The position numbers were made by a program, and so were the translations under genes. 64,000 nt of DNA from Lingula anatina (lineage: Eukaryota; Animalia; Brachiopoda): positions 9,796,001 through 9,860,000 of the forward strand of contig CM120646.1 in NCBI GenBank assembly GCA_051362555.1, in the 5' to 3' direction. Below the pieces are notes generated by a model that worked only from the letters and a program-made list of their open reading frames with translations, did not search any database and was not told the origin of the DNA. Shown one piece after another: positions 53,801 through 64,000 of this stretch (the first letter of the stretch is position 1; each line of letters opens with the position of its first letter).

Positions 53801-56800
53801 GAACAGATTATCTACAGACTAACTGATCTGCCAACTAAATATGGACGACCCCATTAAGAAAGCGATACTGTTAATTCCCTGATGGTCTCCCTGCCTCCAC
53901 ACACCATTAAATGGATTAAATCTCAGCTCCGAAGTTTAATTGTTAGGCTCTTGCAGTTACGGGACAGGTGAAGGTGGTGAGACCAACAAGGAAGAAGTCT
54001 ACGTTGCTTTAAAGTGAATGGGCCATATTTAGCCCACAGATCTGTTAGTCCACTGATCAAATTTTTCTGAATGCCCTCATATACTAGTGTGTCTGATTTG
54101 GCCTGAAACTCCAATTTCAGATCAAAAATAATCTTACATTCAGAAAATGTAACTGGTAGAGGGCTGACAGGGCCATGAGAGTTCAAAGTCATACCTTGAA
54201 AATCCTAATTTGTGAAAAATGAAAAATAAAAAAAGGCTTAACTTAAAGAAAAATTGTTAGCATTCCTTTGAAATGTTTTATTCACATAAAAAAAAACACA
54301 ATACACACCCAACACAATGCGTAATATGCCTTCCACTCATTCACTCTCACATATTCTCATTAATAAAGTTTTACCTAATTTTATTGAATTATTCCAATAA
54401 TATAAAATTATGTAATGTTTCTAAATCAATTAAACAAAGAGTTTATCTTTTTGATAAATATACAATTTTGCTTAAAGTATAACATTATGCTAAACCTTAT
54501 CTGTGTTCCCTTAAATTATATCAGCTGAAATGAACTGATGTGGAGACTTTCTGATTCCTGTCTTAACCAGTTTTCTATTCCTTTCCAAAAATCTTTAACT
54601 ACTGGGAAATCTACATATTAATGTTTGATGTAACATAACGTGAAGGGAATTTTTTACCTCACATTGATTTCTAATCAACTCATATGCTATGAATTGATTA
54701 TCAGAGTCAAATACATCTTGTATCACATGAAACCCTTTCTCACATAATGCTTTATAAAATACAGACTGATTACCAATCTTAAGAGAAGGATTGTACCAAA
54801 GTGGGGCCTTAAGTAAGTCATTATTTCCTTTTACTGGCAGTTGTGAAGAAAATTCAGAGAAGCCAAAGCTAGCAGTATTTCCTTCCAAAAAATTTGTGGT
54901 GCTTACTACCCAACTCTTGAATAATTTGGTCCAAAGTGACAAAGAATAGTGAGATTACAATGAGTGATTTCCAAAAATAGTCTAGCATAATATCATTATC
55001 AAGAAGTCTACGTATCCACGATAGTTTCAATGCCTTGATGATACAATTGAACACAATTCTTACTGTGTATTTTACAAACATATATATTCAGGTCTTAAAA
55101 TACTTACATCTAAAAACTTCCCCTCTGTTTTGCAGGCCTCAAAATAAGACTTGTGCAACACCCACTTTCCAGTAGAAACACAGGCAAGATACTTCTCATT
55201 TCTAGTAGGGGTACCTACAAAAAAAAAAAAAAAAAAAAAAAAATCAATTAGACTTTTGGTAGGAGTCCACATAAAAAAGAAACATTCAGAGAAAAAATCA
55301 AGTTAGGCAAACTGTAATAAAGAGGTAGATGGCAATGTATGCGTGTTTGTTATCATATAACTAATTCACTTCAAAGTGCATGTGATGTGTACAATAACTA
55401 AACAACAAGATTTATACAGGATGTGTATACAGTAATTTATTAAACCATTTGAAAAATTGTGTTTTGACCAAACCTCGTCTACTTGATTTTTTTTTCCATA
55501 ATTTGTCAAGGCAATGTGCACTTTCACCAGGACAAAACCGCAGCAGAATTAATCATTTCATCTTGCATTTCCTTGAAATCTTTTAATCAAAATTTTAAAG
55601 GTCCCCAAGAATATCCTGCATGGGAAATATGTAATATCCAAAATGGTTGTCAATTACCATTACGACAGAAATTTACTGTAACCTAACTAGCATACCACAA
55701 TTTCATCCCAATTATGCATTAAACATGTCTACATGCATCCCTTAATTGTTAACAATTATACCCTTCCCATACAGGTGAAACACAACTACAAGGTAAAAAA
55801 TCGTCAAATGTACAGACAAAAAGCAGAAATAAGATGCACAAAATAGGTCATTTTGTCATTGCACAATGCTTTACATCATAAACACCATGGCAATTATTTA
55901 TGAGGAAAATACAGTAATTAATACTAACACAGTTTTCCTTTCATAGCATCAGAAAATAAAATAATAACTACCATCTGGCACAGCTCCCCTGCATCTTTAT
56001 ATCAAGAAAGGAGAAAAGTAACAACTCTCCATGGAATTTTCCTGCCAAAATAAAATTTCAAAGGAAAAAGGGCAATTTTCTCCTACACACTAGTCATGGC
56101 TGTAGTCCCTGCACTTGGATTCTACATCTTATTCCATTTAAACTTTAATAATTTAGTTCTAAATACTTGACCCTTTTACATATGACAATAAAAATAAAAA
56201 ACATTAACCATTAACCTTTTCCTACAGATGGATAAAAATGTAAAATCTGTATAAAGGTAATATTTTTCTGTACTGGTAATTGTCAATGTCAGTATCTTGT
56301 GCAATCACATGTTAACCAATTAAAAAAAATTTTTTGCATGTTTATAATAATAAAAAATGTATGTGGTATTGGATGAAATAATATTTTTTAAATCTAAAAG
56401 ACAAAAAAGTCTTTTAAAGACTTGCTGTTTTCTAAAAAACTAAATTCTAACTAATTTATTTACAATATAAATACTATATATCACTAACAATTTTTTTTTA
56501 AATTTCAAGTGAGAAGAGGGCAGACTCATAAGTTATGTGAGAAAACACTAATTGGTCAGTTTCTAGTGAGGTCTCAGGCAGCAGATCCTCAGACTGCTGT
56601 GTGCGTTTGGATCCAATCAAGCCGATTTTTGAACTGGACCTGGGTATTATGAATATTCATCAGTTCTGTAAGTTTCAAACCAAAAGGTAAAATGGTTTTC
56701 CACTTATCATGTTATCGGTAAAACTGCACGGTGATGGCGGCAGCGACGACAGACGCAGGTGACGGCTATATGTACAGACACATCTATGTCTGTAGTTAAA

Positions 56801-59570
56801 AATGAAAATTTCATAAAGAACTGCATTGCTTCCTAAACAGAAAACTATTTCACACTAATTTTCCAACGCAAGCTACACTTCAGTCCTATGAATCTTTTCA
56901 GTAAGTATGAGAATCATAAGTAACATGGTTTTCCCTTAATGGTCACCCTGGCAGCAGTGTCTAAAATAGGGTTTTCCTTAACTTATGCAATATTACATAA
57001 TGTTTAAAGGGATAACAACTGTTCATTTTGGCCCAAAAAATTAATTTTCCTGGGGTAAACATCAATTTTCCCATACTTACCAATGGTTAATGAATCCACT
57101 TCTACATTCAAAGTTAGTCCCTGTTTTTTTTTTTCTCAAAAGTAAGTTTTTTTGTAATAATCTTTTAAGAGATTTGTATAGAGTATAGCCATCTATGGAG
57201 GTCACGTGGCCAAATGGCAAACACAGATTTCAGATTTATTGCTCTAATTGCTGTTTTTGTGGTAAAATAGAATTGTATTATATTTCTACGAGTTGTTTAC
57301 GATGTATTTATTGTGAAATATAGATCTCATACGAAGTTGTTATCCCTTTAACAGCATACTGACCATCAATTTTTAATAATAAAATAATAAAATAAAAGTA
57401 TTATGGATATTCAGAAAATGTGATTAGCAAAGGTCTTCAAGCCCATGGAGGTTAAAAGTCACACCTTGAAATTGCCAATATGTGAAAAATCTAATTCTCA
57501 CAAAAATCTGTATAACTTCCACAAAAATCAACCAATCAGACATTTTCCAACTAATTGTCACTATGGCGACAGTGCCCAAAATTGGGTTTTCATCAATTTT
57601 GATGCAATATTATATCATGATTTAACAGAATAGTCACCACCAATCTTCAAGAATGCACTGCAGGTAAACATGGATCAAAATATTCACTATGAGTACAATA
57701 TTGACTTAGATATCCTCATTTTATTTTCTAATAACCAACACGACTTGATATATAACATAAATTTATTTTAGACCCAAAAATATGGAGACAATGTTAAATT
57801 ACGGAGTATAAAGGTATGTTTTGTCTTTTATTGTAGCACTTAATTGTCTCTCTTGTTCTTGTAACAAAATCCCTAATGTTGGCTATTGAGCTTTAAGAAA
57901 TGAGCTGTGCATAATAACTAACCTACTATAAGATGTGTATATCTTGCTGTGCATAATAACTAACCTACTACAATATGTGTATATCTTGCTGTGCATAATA
58001 ACTAACCTACTACAAGATGTGTATATCTTGTTGTGTATAATAACTAACCTACTACAAGATGGGTATATCTTGCTGTGTTTAATAACTAACCTATACTACA
58101 AGATGTGTATATCTTGCTGTGTATAATAACTAACCTACTACAATATGTGTATATCTTGCTGTGTATAATGACTAACCTACTACAAGATGTGTATATCTTG
58201 TTGTGTATAATAACTAACCTACTACAAGATGTGTGCATCTTGGGTCATACACCTGTGAGTCCAGCAGACAACCACCTAGCAGCTCTATCAGGGCTCCATA
58301 ATGATCACGCTCCTGGAAAAATTAAAACAAACTAAAATTACAGTATAAGGCTACAACAAACAAGGCAGCTGGGCGCAATATATTAACCTTTAATGGTCAT
58401 TATGGCAGCAGTGCCCAAAATATAGTTTTCTTTAATTTTGATGCAATATTACCAAATGCTTAACAGCATAATGATCATCACTTTTTAATAATAAAATATA
58501 AGTATATATGGATATAAAAAAATGTGACTGACATAGGTTTTCAAGCCCATGGAAGTGCAAAGTCACACCCTGAAAATGCCAATATGTGTAAAAATCAAAA
58601 TTTCGCATTAAATAGATAAATAAATTTAAAAAAAAACTTCCAGTGTAATAAAACAATCTGACTGGTTTTCCAACTGAACCTCAATTTTAGTCTTATGTTT
58701 CTTTTCTGTAAGTTTTATAATGACATTGTTTTCCTTTAATGGTCAATATGGTGGCATTGCCCAAAATAGGGTTTTATTCAATTTTGATGCAATATTACAA
58801 ATGCTTTAAGGCAAATTCACCAAAAATCTTTAATTATGCACTGCAAGTTACAAATGTGATTAACAAAGGTCTTCAGGCCAATGGAACTTCAAAGTCCCAC
58901 CTTGAAAATCTGAAAAATTAATGTAAGCAAGAGATAACTGTACTGAAATGAGTTTATTTCCATTATCAACACTTGTTTTACTTTATACAAAAAACCAATT
59001 TACTATCATTTTTAAATGATCAACTAAGAAAATCAATGAGATGGGAAAAATGTCAACAGAATAATTTTAAATATCAAATTTGCTCTATTCTGAGATTCTG
59101 CAGATGTCTCCCTCCTTTTACTCTGTACCAAATCCAGTCCCCATGTTCCCCCCCTCCCCCTTACCCTACACCAAACCTGACCCCAGCATGTTTCACTCCC
59201 CTTACTCTGCACCTATATTCAATCTTTTATGTGTATTCAATCTTTTATGCTGATCCCAGAATGCCACACATTCTGTCCATATAGGACCTCTCAAAAACTA
59301 TAACCAATAGAGATAAGGTTGGGTAGCAGTGGGAAAAATAAAATGGCATATCTACCTGAGGGGACATCCCAGACAACATAAACACCTTAGCCTTATCCTC
59401 TCTTTCAGAAAATGTGTCATCAGCCTCATTATCTGCCTGTGTGCTGTTCTTCACTGGCTGTGTCTGCTCCCCAGGCTTGGGGGTCACTTAAAAGGTGACA
59501 TAAAAGATTGGTCAGAGAAGATGAGAAACAAAATATGAAGTAAAAATATCTTGTACTATGAATAATTCTT

Positions 59571-59616
<46 letters not shown>

Positions 59617-62600
59617 ACCTATAGTTGGAGCTTCTAGTGCTATTGTTCTTGTTTCTTTCTTAAGGTCTGTGGGTGCCTGTAGGAGAAAGATGGAACATGT
59701 ATTAGGCTGAGACAGTAGTTAAAACACTGCTTACATGGAGGAAAGATATGCATTTTATAAAAAGTTGGGTATCAAAACAAATGGCATAAATAAAATTTCT
59801 ATAGAAAATTTGTCAAATTTTTTGTAAAGATTTTTGATTTAAGACAGGAAAAATTGTATACAACAGGTGTCTTATAAGCCCAAAGGGCTGGGTGTTCCAT
59901 ACACATGACACATAAATAATTAAATGATGTATGTAAAACATTCACTTTTAATTTTTGTCCAGTGTATAAGTGCATTTAGGATTTTAAATCAGGAGAAGAA
60001 GGGGTCTGCAATAATCTTATACCTTCCATTTATTCTGAAAAAATATTTAATAAATCAATATACAAAGATAAATATGACCCTAATGCTGATAAACAGTGTT
60101 ATTTTGAATCTTTAGGCCACAGACTTTTAGAATACAGATACAGACCATTTCATGACTTACTAATTTAGAATCCTCTTAAAAATTGAAGAGATAACTAGCA
60201 CAAGTGCCTTATCTTTGTAATTGCCCCCTAGTTAGCTATTGGTTCACATTTAGAGTGCCAGATGGCTGTCTGAAAGCAAATGTCTGAACAGTCTGTGTAG
60301 TGAAATGGTCCAACATTAGCTTAAAGGACTAAAGTTCCACAATGACCTGCTTTGACATTTAGTAACAATGCACCAGAACTGTTTAAGAATCACTCAAGAA
60401 TTTGTACATTTTCTTTAATCTGTTTTAACAAAATCTGGCCATAAACCTGAACCAAATATTTTCTTTTGTCAAATATTTAGTAATGAAAAATGAAACTGAC
60501 ACTGAGAGCTCAAGTGAAGTCAGTTTTGTTGGAATGAATAGAACCCAGGGAACAATGGGTGAATATCTCTATTATGGTATTATGGCATCATTTAAATCTC
60601 GTTTTCTGGAAAAGGACCCTTCACTAGAATGAGTCTAGCGTTTCAAGAGGTTGCAAATGGAAATGAAGTAAAAAGTTCATATAAATGCTGTAAGGACAGA
60701 GTGCAGAGAATATTATTTAAGTGAGCTGCTCAGTTATTTTGACTGAAAAAGTTTAGCACCCACTCAACATTTTCATCACGGCACTTTTACAGGAAACTTG
60801 GCTTTACAGTGTCTTTGGTTTGGTTATTTTTTTTGTTATTATCACTTGAATGTTTTTTTTTTTTCAGATTTTCGATAAAATTAAATCTTAGAAATTACAC
60901 CTAAGAAACAGTGCTGTATAAATACACCTTGGCTCCATCAATTTCTTTACCTGTTATCTCCCTATCCATTTTCCTTTGAGTCAAGGTGTGCAAGACACCT
61001 CTTTGATTAAGGGGTATCCACTTTCCTTCTGTAGTTAGGCTAAATTGACCATCTGAGTAAATTACTTTGAATGTTAGGTGGCAAGTTTGGAGGTTTCAGT
61101 TGTTTATTTTAAGAAAGTTACTCAGCCCTGGTGATGACAAAAGAAAAAGAATACTGTTAAGGTTTACTTATAATTTGAAGTTAATATTTCATCCTGCAAT
61201 GCAGAAACAGAAATTCTTTTATATTAGATAATGAATCAGGCATGAAATACTAAACTTTACTCATTTTGTTCGTATCATAAGTGCTAAAACCACATGGTAA
61301 ACAAGGTGTTTACAACACATGTAATCTCCTATCTTTTCATTGAGGGGAAAAACCAAGACTTATACCAGCTGAATAGCTATAATTGATCTTTTGGTCAGCA
61401 GGCAAAATAACCCATATAATCCATCTGGCAGATGAGGAGATCAACGATGTAGGTGAAACCTTGAATCAGGACCCCCACCCCCTCCTTAGCTAGCTCTGCC
61501 CACTGTAACAGACCTTGGACAACAGAGAGAGTGCTGTGTAATTTCCATTTCTAATAGCTCCTTGCTTTAACTATATCTGAATTAATGTTATAGTAGAATA
61601 TCTGTGGTGATTTTTTGACTTGAATTTTATTTCAGCCCTGAGCTTTATTTCGCTACACAGTACTGTTAAGAAGAATTATTGTAAAATCTGATTAATGGTG
61701 TATGGTCTTAATAGGGTATAAATGCTAATTCTATAAAATTAATTTTTAAATTTTTATCTTATTCTTTTTTTACTTATTTTATTACTTTTTTTGGGGGGTG
61801 GGGGGGGGGAGAGAGAGAGGAAGGGGGTCATCATAGACTTGTTTGGTATTCTTAAATTAGAGTAAGTCACAAGAAAGTTTACTCACACTTAAAGGTACAT
61901 TTGTACTAAGCGTTTGTGGACTGTGGATTCCCAGTAACGTAAATAACCAATGCTACTTGTTTCTCAAACGGCCCAAATAAAGTAGACATACAACAGAATA
62001 AATGGAATTAATCACTCAATTGGTCGTAAATTTGACCTATTTATTTGACCTACTAATCTGCCTGTTTATATACAGCACAGAAAGCAAGCAGAAAAATCTT
62101 TTCAAATATAATTTTTCAGGTAATATGAGACTATATTTCTAGGTTATATTATTTGAAGCTATATGGTGGCATATGATCGTCCTTTGTGGCAAAAAACTGA
62201 GTTCAAATGCATCTATTTTTTTTTTTTCGATTCTTATTTATAAAAAAATATCCTTTTCACTGAATTGCTCCCCAGGAAAAAAATCATAGACACAAAATCA
62301 CTTACAAATGGCACTCAAGGTCACATGACATGTTTACAGCAGTCTGAGTGGATAATTCAATGAATCACAGGTTCAAATAGAATTAATAAGTTTTTATTCT
62401 GTTTTTCAATTTTCCATTAGACATACAGATGCTACCCAAAAACTGCACGACATGATTGTCAAATCATTAAACTTTCAACCTGTGCAGCTGAATCATATTT
62501 GTTAGAATGATCAATAGAAATAAAATGACAGCCAATGATGGCCATGGTACTAATACCTAAAGGCCCTGTGACCCATTTTTGGAATCAGCAGTAATCAAGA

Positions 62601-63889
62601 AGAATGAGCCGGAATGAAGAATTTTCAAAATTCGCACCATATTCGGGGAGAAATTTCAAACTGACCTAAATTCTTGTAAGAATACTGTTGGAATACTCAG
62701 AATGCGCTTGAATCCGCCTGGAATGATTCGTGCACATTTTGGGTATTTGCTCTCAAATGCAGCTCAATTGTAGTTGGAAAACTAGGAATATCAATAATGC
62801 TGTCAGAATGCAGTCGGAATATTTAGAATACATTTCAAATGCCGTACGAGTGTAGTTTGATTGCTGGCTGCAATAGGATTTCGGCAGCCACTGAGATGCA
62901 TTCGAGTCGCATTATGGCTCATTTGAGGTGTATGTTGAACATTCTAGCAGGATTTGAAGTGTCTTGTCATTTCAGTTCTCCCTCAAACACGATAAGAATG
63001 TTTTGAATGCTGTTGGAATGCCGCAAGAATATTAAGAATGCACTCCTAGTACAGTTAGAATACACTTATAATGCCATTCGATATTTCTCCACTTAGAATG
63101 CATTATGAAAGTTTTGAGCATGAGCAAAACATTCCGACCAGAAACAAGAATGGGCCCTTATATTTGGAATGCACTCAGAATTTTTAGAAGGCAATTCGAA
63201 TATCCAGGAATATAAAAAGAATTCTCATTCTGACTATATTCTAGCTCATTCAGCCTCTAGTGTGACTAGGGTATAATGTTGTTTACATGAAACCAGTAAT
63301 GCAATCAAAAGTGTACCTTGAATACTATTTCTTCATCTGTTTTCTCTCCTTGGTCCTCCTCAGATGAGTATCTATGCTCTTTTTGTCTGAGCACAGGGCT
63401 CAGTGATTCACTGAGCTGGGTAGGACTAGTAGCTCTCTGCAACTCACGAGCCAACTTCTCTTGCTCCAACCTAGCATAGAATTTCATAATCTAACTACTG
63501 TCACCATCTTAAAAAACACTTGTACTAATATTTTCTGATCTGTTTACAGCTAGCAGGAGAATTATTGGTCAAAGCATAATGGAAATTGAAACATCAAGAC
63601 AGCAAGTCAAATAAGGAAGCCCTGTTATCAAGGCTATGCCCACCAGACATTTTATCTTAATAGGCACATTAAGTGTCTGTACATATCAATAACTGAAAAT
63701 AGCATTTTTTGACCCTTCTGTCAACATTTTCTGTAAATGACAGTCTTTCCCATTAGCTAACTCATCAATGTGTTTTGTTCTGGGAGGGGTTGATGTATGA
63801 GAGTGTGGCATACCGGCTGACTGGATCATCCCAGCCCACTTGGTCCTGTAAACTCTGGGAGGGCTCTGGGTGGCTTGTAGGACCCTTTA
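20812..63889 (-). CDS. TOPBP1: DNA topoisomerase II-binding protein 1, C-terminal part (AAD, BRCT7, BRCT8, NLS); 5' exons lie beyond the right edge
   Basis: 11 GT-AG exons with consistent phases: 63814-63889, 63317-63470, 59619-59676, 59356-59486, 58219-58312, 55108-55214, 53650-53772, 50315-50433, 39411-39477, 29075-29205, 20812-20899. The spliced peptide matches remembered vertebrate TopBP1 motifs (EPSQ..WDDP, RNEKYLA..GKWVLH.SY, EWG, AA.RWR, GAF.GW.V, GFKRLL..GGAKV, CLR.EYIA.YLM). Confidence 0.93.
21344..26920 (+). mobile_element. 5'-truncated, decayed L1/Tx1-clade LINE (copy A), interrupted by a 2.2-kb insertion
   Basis: Near-identical to 34641-38135. APE/RT fragments (KSPGSDG, DFEKAFD, GCRQGDP, QYADD) and a C-terminal CFICG..HVFLNC motif, with multiple stops, a (GT)-rich 3' UTR and an A-tail. 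Confidence 0.92.
21508..23667 (+). mobile_element. Helentron/HINE-like non-autonomous element carrying a ~144-bp tandem array
   Basis: Splits the LINE sequence gtgaa|taaccctag with no TSD. Subterminal inverted motif gtaccaccagc (~21545) / gctggtggcac (~23654), 3' hairpin ccagcgt-ac-acgctgg, and about 7 internal units at 21890-22870. Confidence 0.75.
29075..29205 (-). CDS. TOPBP1: TopBP1 exon: BRCT8 end
   Basis: [43 protein letters not shown]|gtaaat. Confidence 0.9.
31856..32092 (+). mobile_element. hAT transposase C-terminal dimerisation-domain relic
   Basis: [43 protein letters not shown] matches the hATC S..CERSFS.M..R..L motif. Confidence 0.8.
32500..39100 (-). mobile_element. ZNF862-like hAT transposase N-terminal relic split by the LINE insertion
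   Basis: [24 protein letters not shown] (from 38765), TTF-type Zn-finger [16 protein letters not shown]...H. The frame continues across the LINE TSD as TPIVKS|[31 protein letters not shown]. ttgccc/gggca subterminal repeats lie at ~39000-39100. Confidence 0.7.
32722..38294 (+). mobile_element. Full-length but inactivated L1/Tx1-clade LINE (copy B) with 17-bp TSD and probable 3' transduction
   Basis: TSD aaagatttgactatggg at 32705-32721 and 38295-38311. ORF1 (32813-33722) is coiled-coil/RRM-like with a premature TAA at 33270. ORF2 from ~34332 has APE (SINCQGL, LQDTH, GDFN, SDH), RT (YADD) and a CCHC-type tail, frameshifted by an internal deletion at 35784. Two A-tails at 38120-38135 and 38276-38297. 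Confidence 0.95.
39411..39477 (-). CDS. TOPBP1: TopBP1 exon: BRCT8
   Basis: [23 protein letters not shown]|gtaaga. Confidence 0.85.
40946..41224 (+). mobile_element. Short Helentron-like non-autonomous element
   Basis: aaactagaaaagcactc...acctccgccaagg at the start and aaaacataacctccttggcgaggtaa at the end (subterminal inverted motif plus hairpin). A related 3' fragment lies at ~43120-43240. Confidence 0.6.
42768..43062. mobile_element. piggyBac-like MITE relic
   Basis: ttaaccccatagaggcc... at the left and ...ggccggtgaatgga at the right; degenerate inverted ends. Confidence 0.4.
43279..43605 (+). repeat. 45/48-bp tandem array of a splice acceptor plus ATG unit (6 copies plus the genuine exon start)
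   Basis: Unit atgttactatttcag|tgtgaccagcATGggatagcagagctttctagt starts at 43279, 43331, 43376, 43424, 43472, 43517 and 43565. Confidence 0.92.
43590..47689 (+). CDS. Ankyrin-repeat and SOCS-box (ASB-like) protein, ~777 aa, nested antisense in a TopBP1 intron
   Basis: Exons 43590-43872 (MGQQGSKTT..., donor gtaagt, phase 1) and 45639-47689 (atacag acceptor, in frame). About 4 ankyrin repeats (TALHYA, TPLHEA, TPINLA) and a C-terminal SOCS box [15 protein letters not shown]...[15 protein letters not shown]. Candidate 5'UTR donor aag|gtgagt at 41942/41943. Confidence 0.87.
48142..49752. mobile_element. hAT-like non-autonomous DNA transposon
   Basis: TIRs caggggtcaaaacaga / tctgtttcgacccctg, flanking duplication taatag (tgtaatag if it overlaps the right TIR), and ctagccc/gggcgac subterminal motifs. 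Confidence 0.75.
50315..50433 (-). CDS. TOPBP1: TopBP1 exon: BRCT8
   Basis: [39 protein letters not shown]|gtgagg. Confidence 0.92.
50675..51000. repeat. Degenerate ~65-70 bp minisatellite (about 5 units)
   Basis: Recurrent aatgttgttctaaagtctttctctgtgttcttag...gtttgtcaaccaattt. Confidence 0.7.
51290..53415. repeat. Two copies (51290-51460 and 53207-53415) of a small gatcgatc-type MITE family
   Basis: Shared ttcccatagattttagatcgatctatccc..ggggagtctcactagattact. Related inverted pieces lie at ~29620-29730 and ~31320-31500. Confidence 0.6.
51765..52214 (+). mobile_element. Solo LTR (450 bp, Gypsy-like 4-bp TSD)
   Basis: TG...CA ends with imperfect TIR tgtagtgatccg / cggttattaca, ATGG duplicated on both sides, TATAAA at ~52013 and AATAAA at ~52114 and ~52133. 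Confidence 0.8.
53650..53772 (-). CDS. TOPBP1: TopBP1 exon: BRCT7-8 linker
   Basis: [41 protein letters not shown]|gtaagc. Confidence 0.9.
54490..55060 (-). mobile_element. Old L1/Tx1-clade LINE ORF2 fragment (different subfamily)
   Basis: [13 protein letters not shown] and [33 protein letters not shown] are homologous to [13 protein letters not shown] and [12 protein letters not shown] of copy B. Confidence 0.75.
55108..55214 (-). CDS. TOPBP1: TopBP1 exon: BRCT7
   Basis: [36 protein letters not shown]|gtaagt. Confidence 0.92.
57904..58242 (-). repeat. 42-bp tandem array of the TopBP1 exon 3' end plus splice donor (7 copies plus the genuine junction)
   Basis: - strand unit caagatatacacatcttgtagtag|gttagttattatacacag; the first unit is the real exon end encoding RCTHLVV. 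Confidence 0.92.
58219..58312 (-). CDS. TOPBP1: TopBP1 exon: BRCT7
   Basis: [31 protein letters not shown](G)|gttagt. Confidence 0.9.
59356..59486 (-). CDS. TOPBP1: TopBP1 exon: linker and BRCT7 start
   Basis: ..[13 protein letters not shown]|gtagat. Confidence 0.85.
59619..59676 (-). CDS. TOPBP1: TopBP1 linker exon
   Basis: ctacag|[19 protein letters not shown]|gtaatt; phases 0/1 fit the neighbouring exons. Confidence 0.7.
62558..63275. mobile_element. Harbinger-type MITE relic with gaatgc-rich interior
   Basis: Left taaaggccctgtgac, right tagtgtgactagggtataa, and many gaatgc/gcattc subrepeats. Confidence 0.5.
63317..63470 (-). CDS. TOPBP1: TopBP1 exon: AAD continuation
   Basis: [26 protein letters not shown]...IVFK|gtacac; phase 2 in, phase 0 out. 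Confidence 0.85.
63814..63889 (-). CDS. TOPBP1: TopBP1 exon: ATR-activation domain core
   Basis: ttcag|..[24 protein letters not shown]..|gtatg. Confidence 0.88.
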
Positions 63890-63931
63890 CTGAAGTAAAA
63901 AAAGTTTGCATTTCACTTTTAGTTCAAAAGT

Positions 63932-63932
<1 letters not shown>

Positions 63933-63996
<64 letters not shown>
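63933..63996. repeat. (TC)n(AC)n compound microsatellite; (GA)n also at 59573-59613
   Basis: Direct reading. Confidence 0.95.

Positions 63997-64000
<4 letters not shown>

Noticed and set aside
57081-57120. Strong gtaagt donor suggesting a TopBP1 micro-exon
   Set aside because: The acceptor lacks a pyrimidine tract, and the missing BRCT7 residues are already encoded at 58219-58252.
57935-58335. ORFs ([13 protein letters not shown])n on +
   Set aside because: Antisense translation of the 42-bp donor array.
60951-61054. Possible extra TopBP1 exon ([15 protein letters not shown]...)
   Set aside because: It is not needed, because exons 63317 and 59676 already join in phase 0. Its phases do not fit and it has no recognisable homology.
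61340-61520. Possible tRNA-derived SINE or tRNA remnant
   Set aside because: No convincing A/B boxes or cloverleaf could be drawn.

Overview
AT-rich, intron- and repeat-rich animal DNA. A lophotrochozoan, probably a mollusc, is an inference from the repeat types only. The right two thirds hold the 3' part of a TopBP1 gene on the - strand: 11 phase-consistent GT-AG exons from the ATR-activation domain through BRCT7/8 to a C-terminal NLS, stop at 20812. Its introns contain a complete nested antisense ankyrin-repeat/SOCS-box (ASB-like) gene with an MGxxxS N-terminus, two decayed copies of one L1/Tx1-clade LINE (one full length, with a 17-bp TSD and an apparent 3' transduction), hAT relics, Helentron-like non-autonomous elements and a solo LTR. 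The left end has the 5' exons of a type II membrane SRCR gene (- strand), a Penelope relic with a minimal hammerhead-like motif, a long-TIR foldback-like element and a probably pseudogenised mucin-like membrane protein gene hit by a Harbinger derivative. The most unusual signal is two tandem arrays built from splice junctions. One has 6 extra copies of the ASB-like gene's 3' splice site plus start codon; the other has 7 extra copies of a TopBP1 exon end plus 5' splice site behind an in-frame stop. All gene models were read by eye; no databases were searched.
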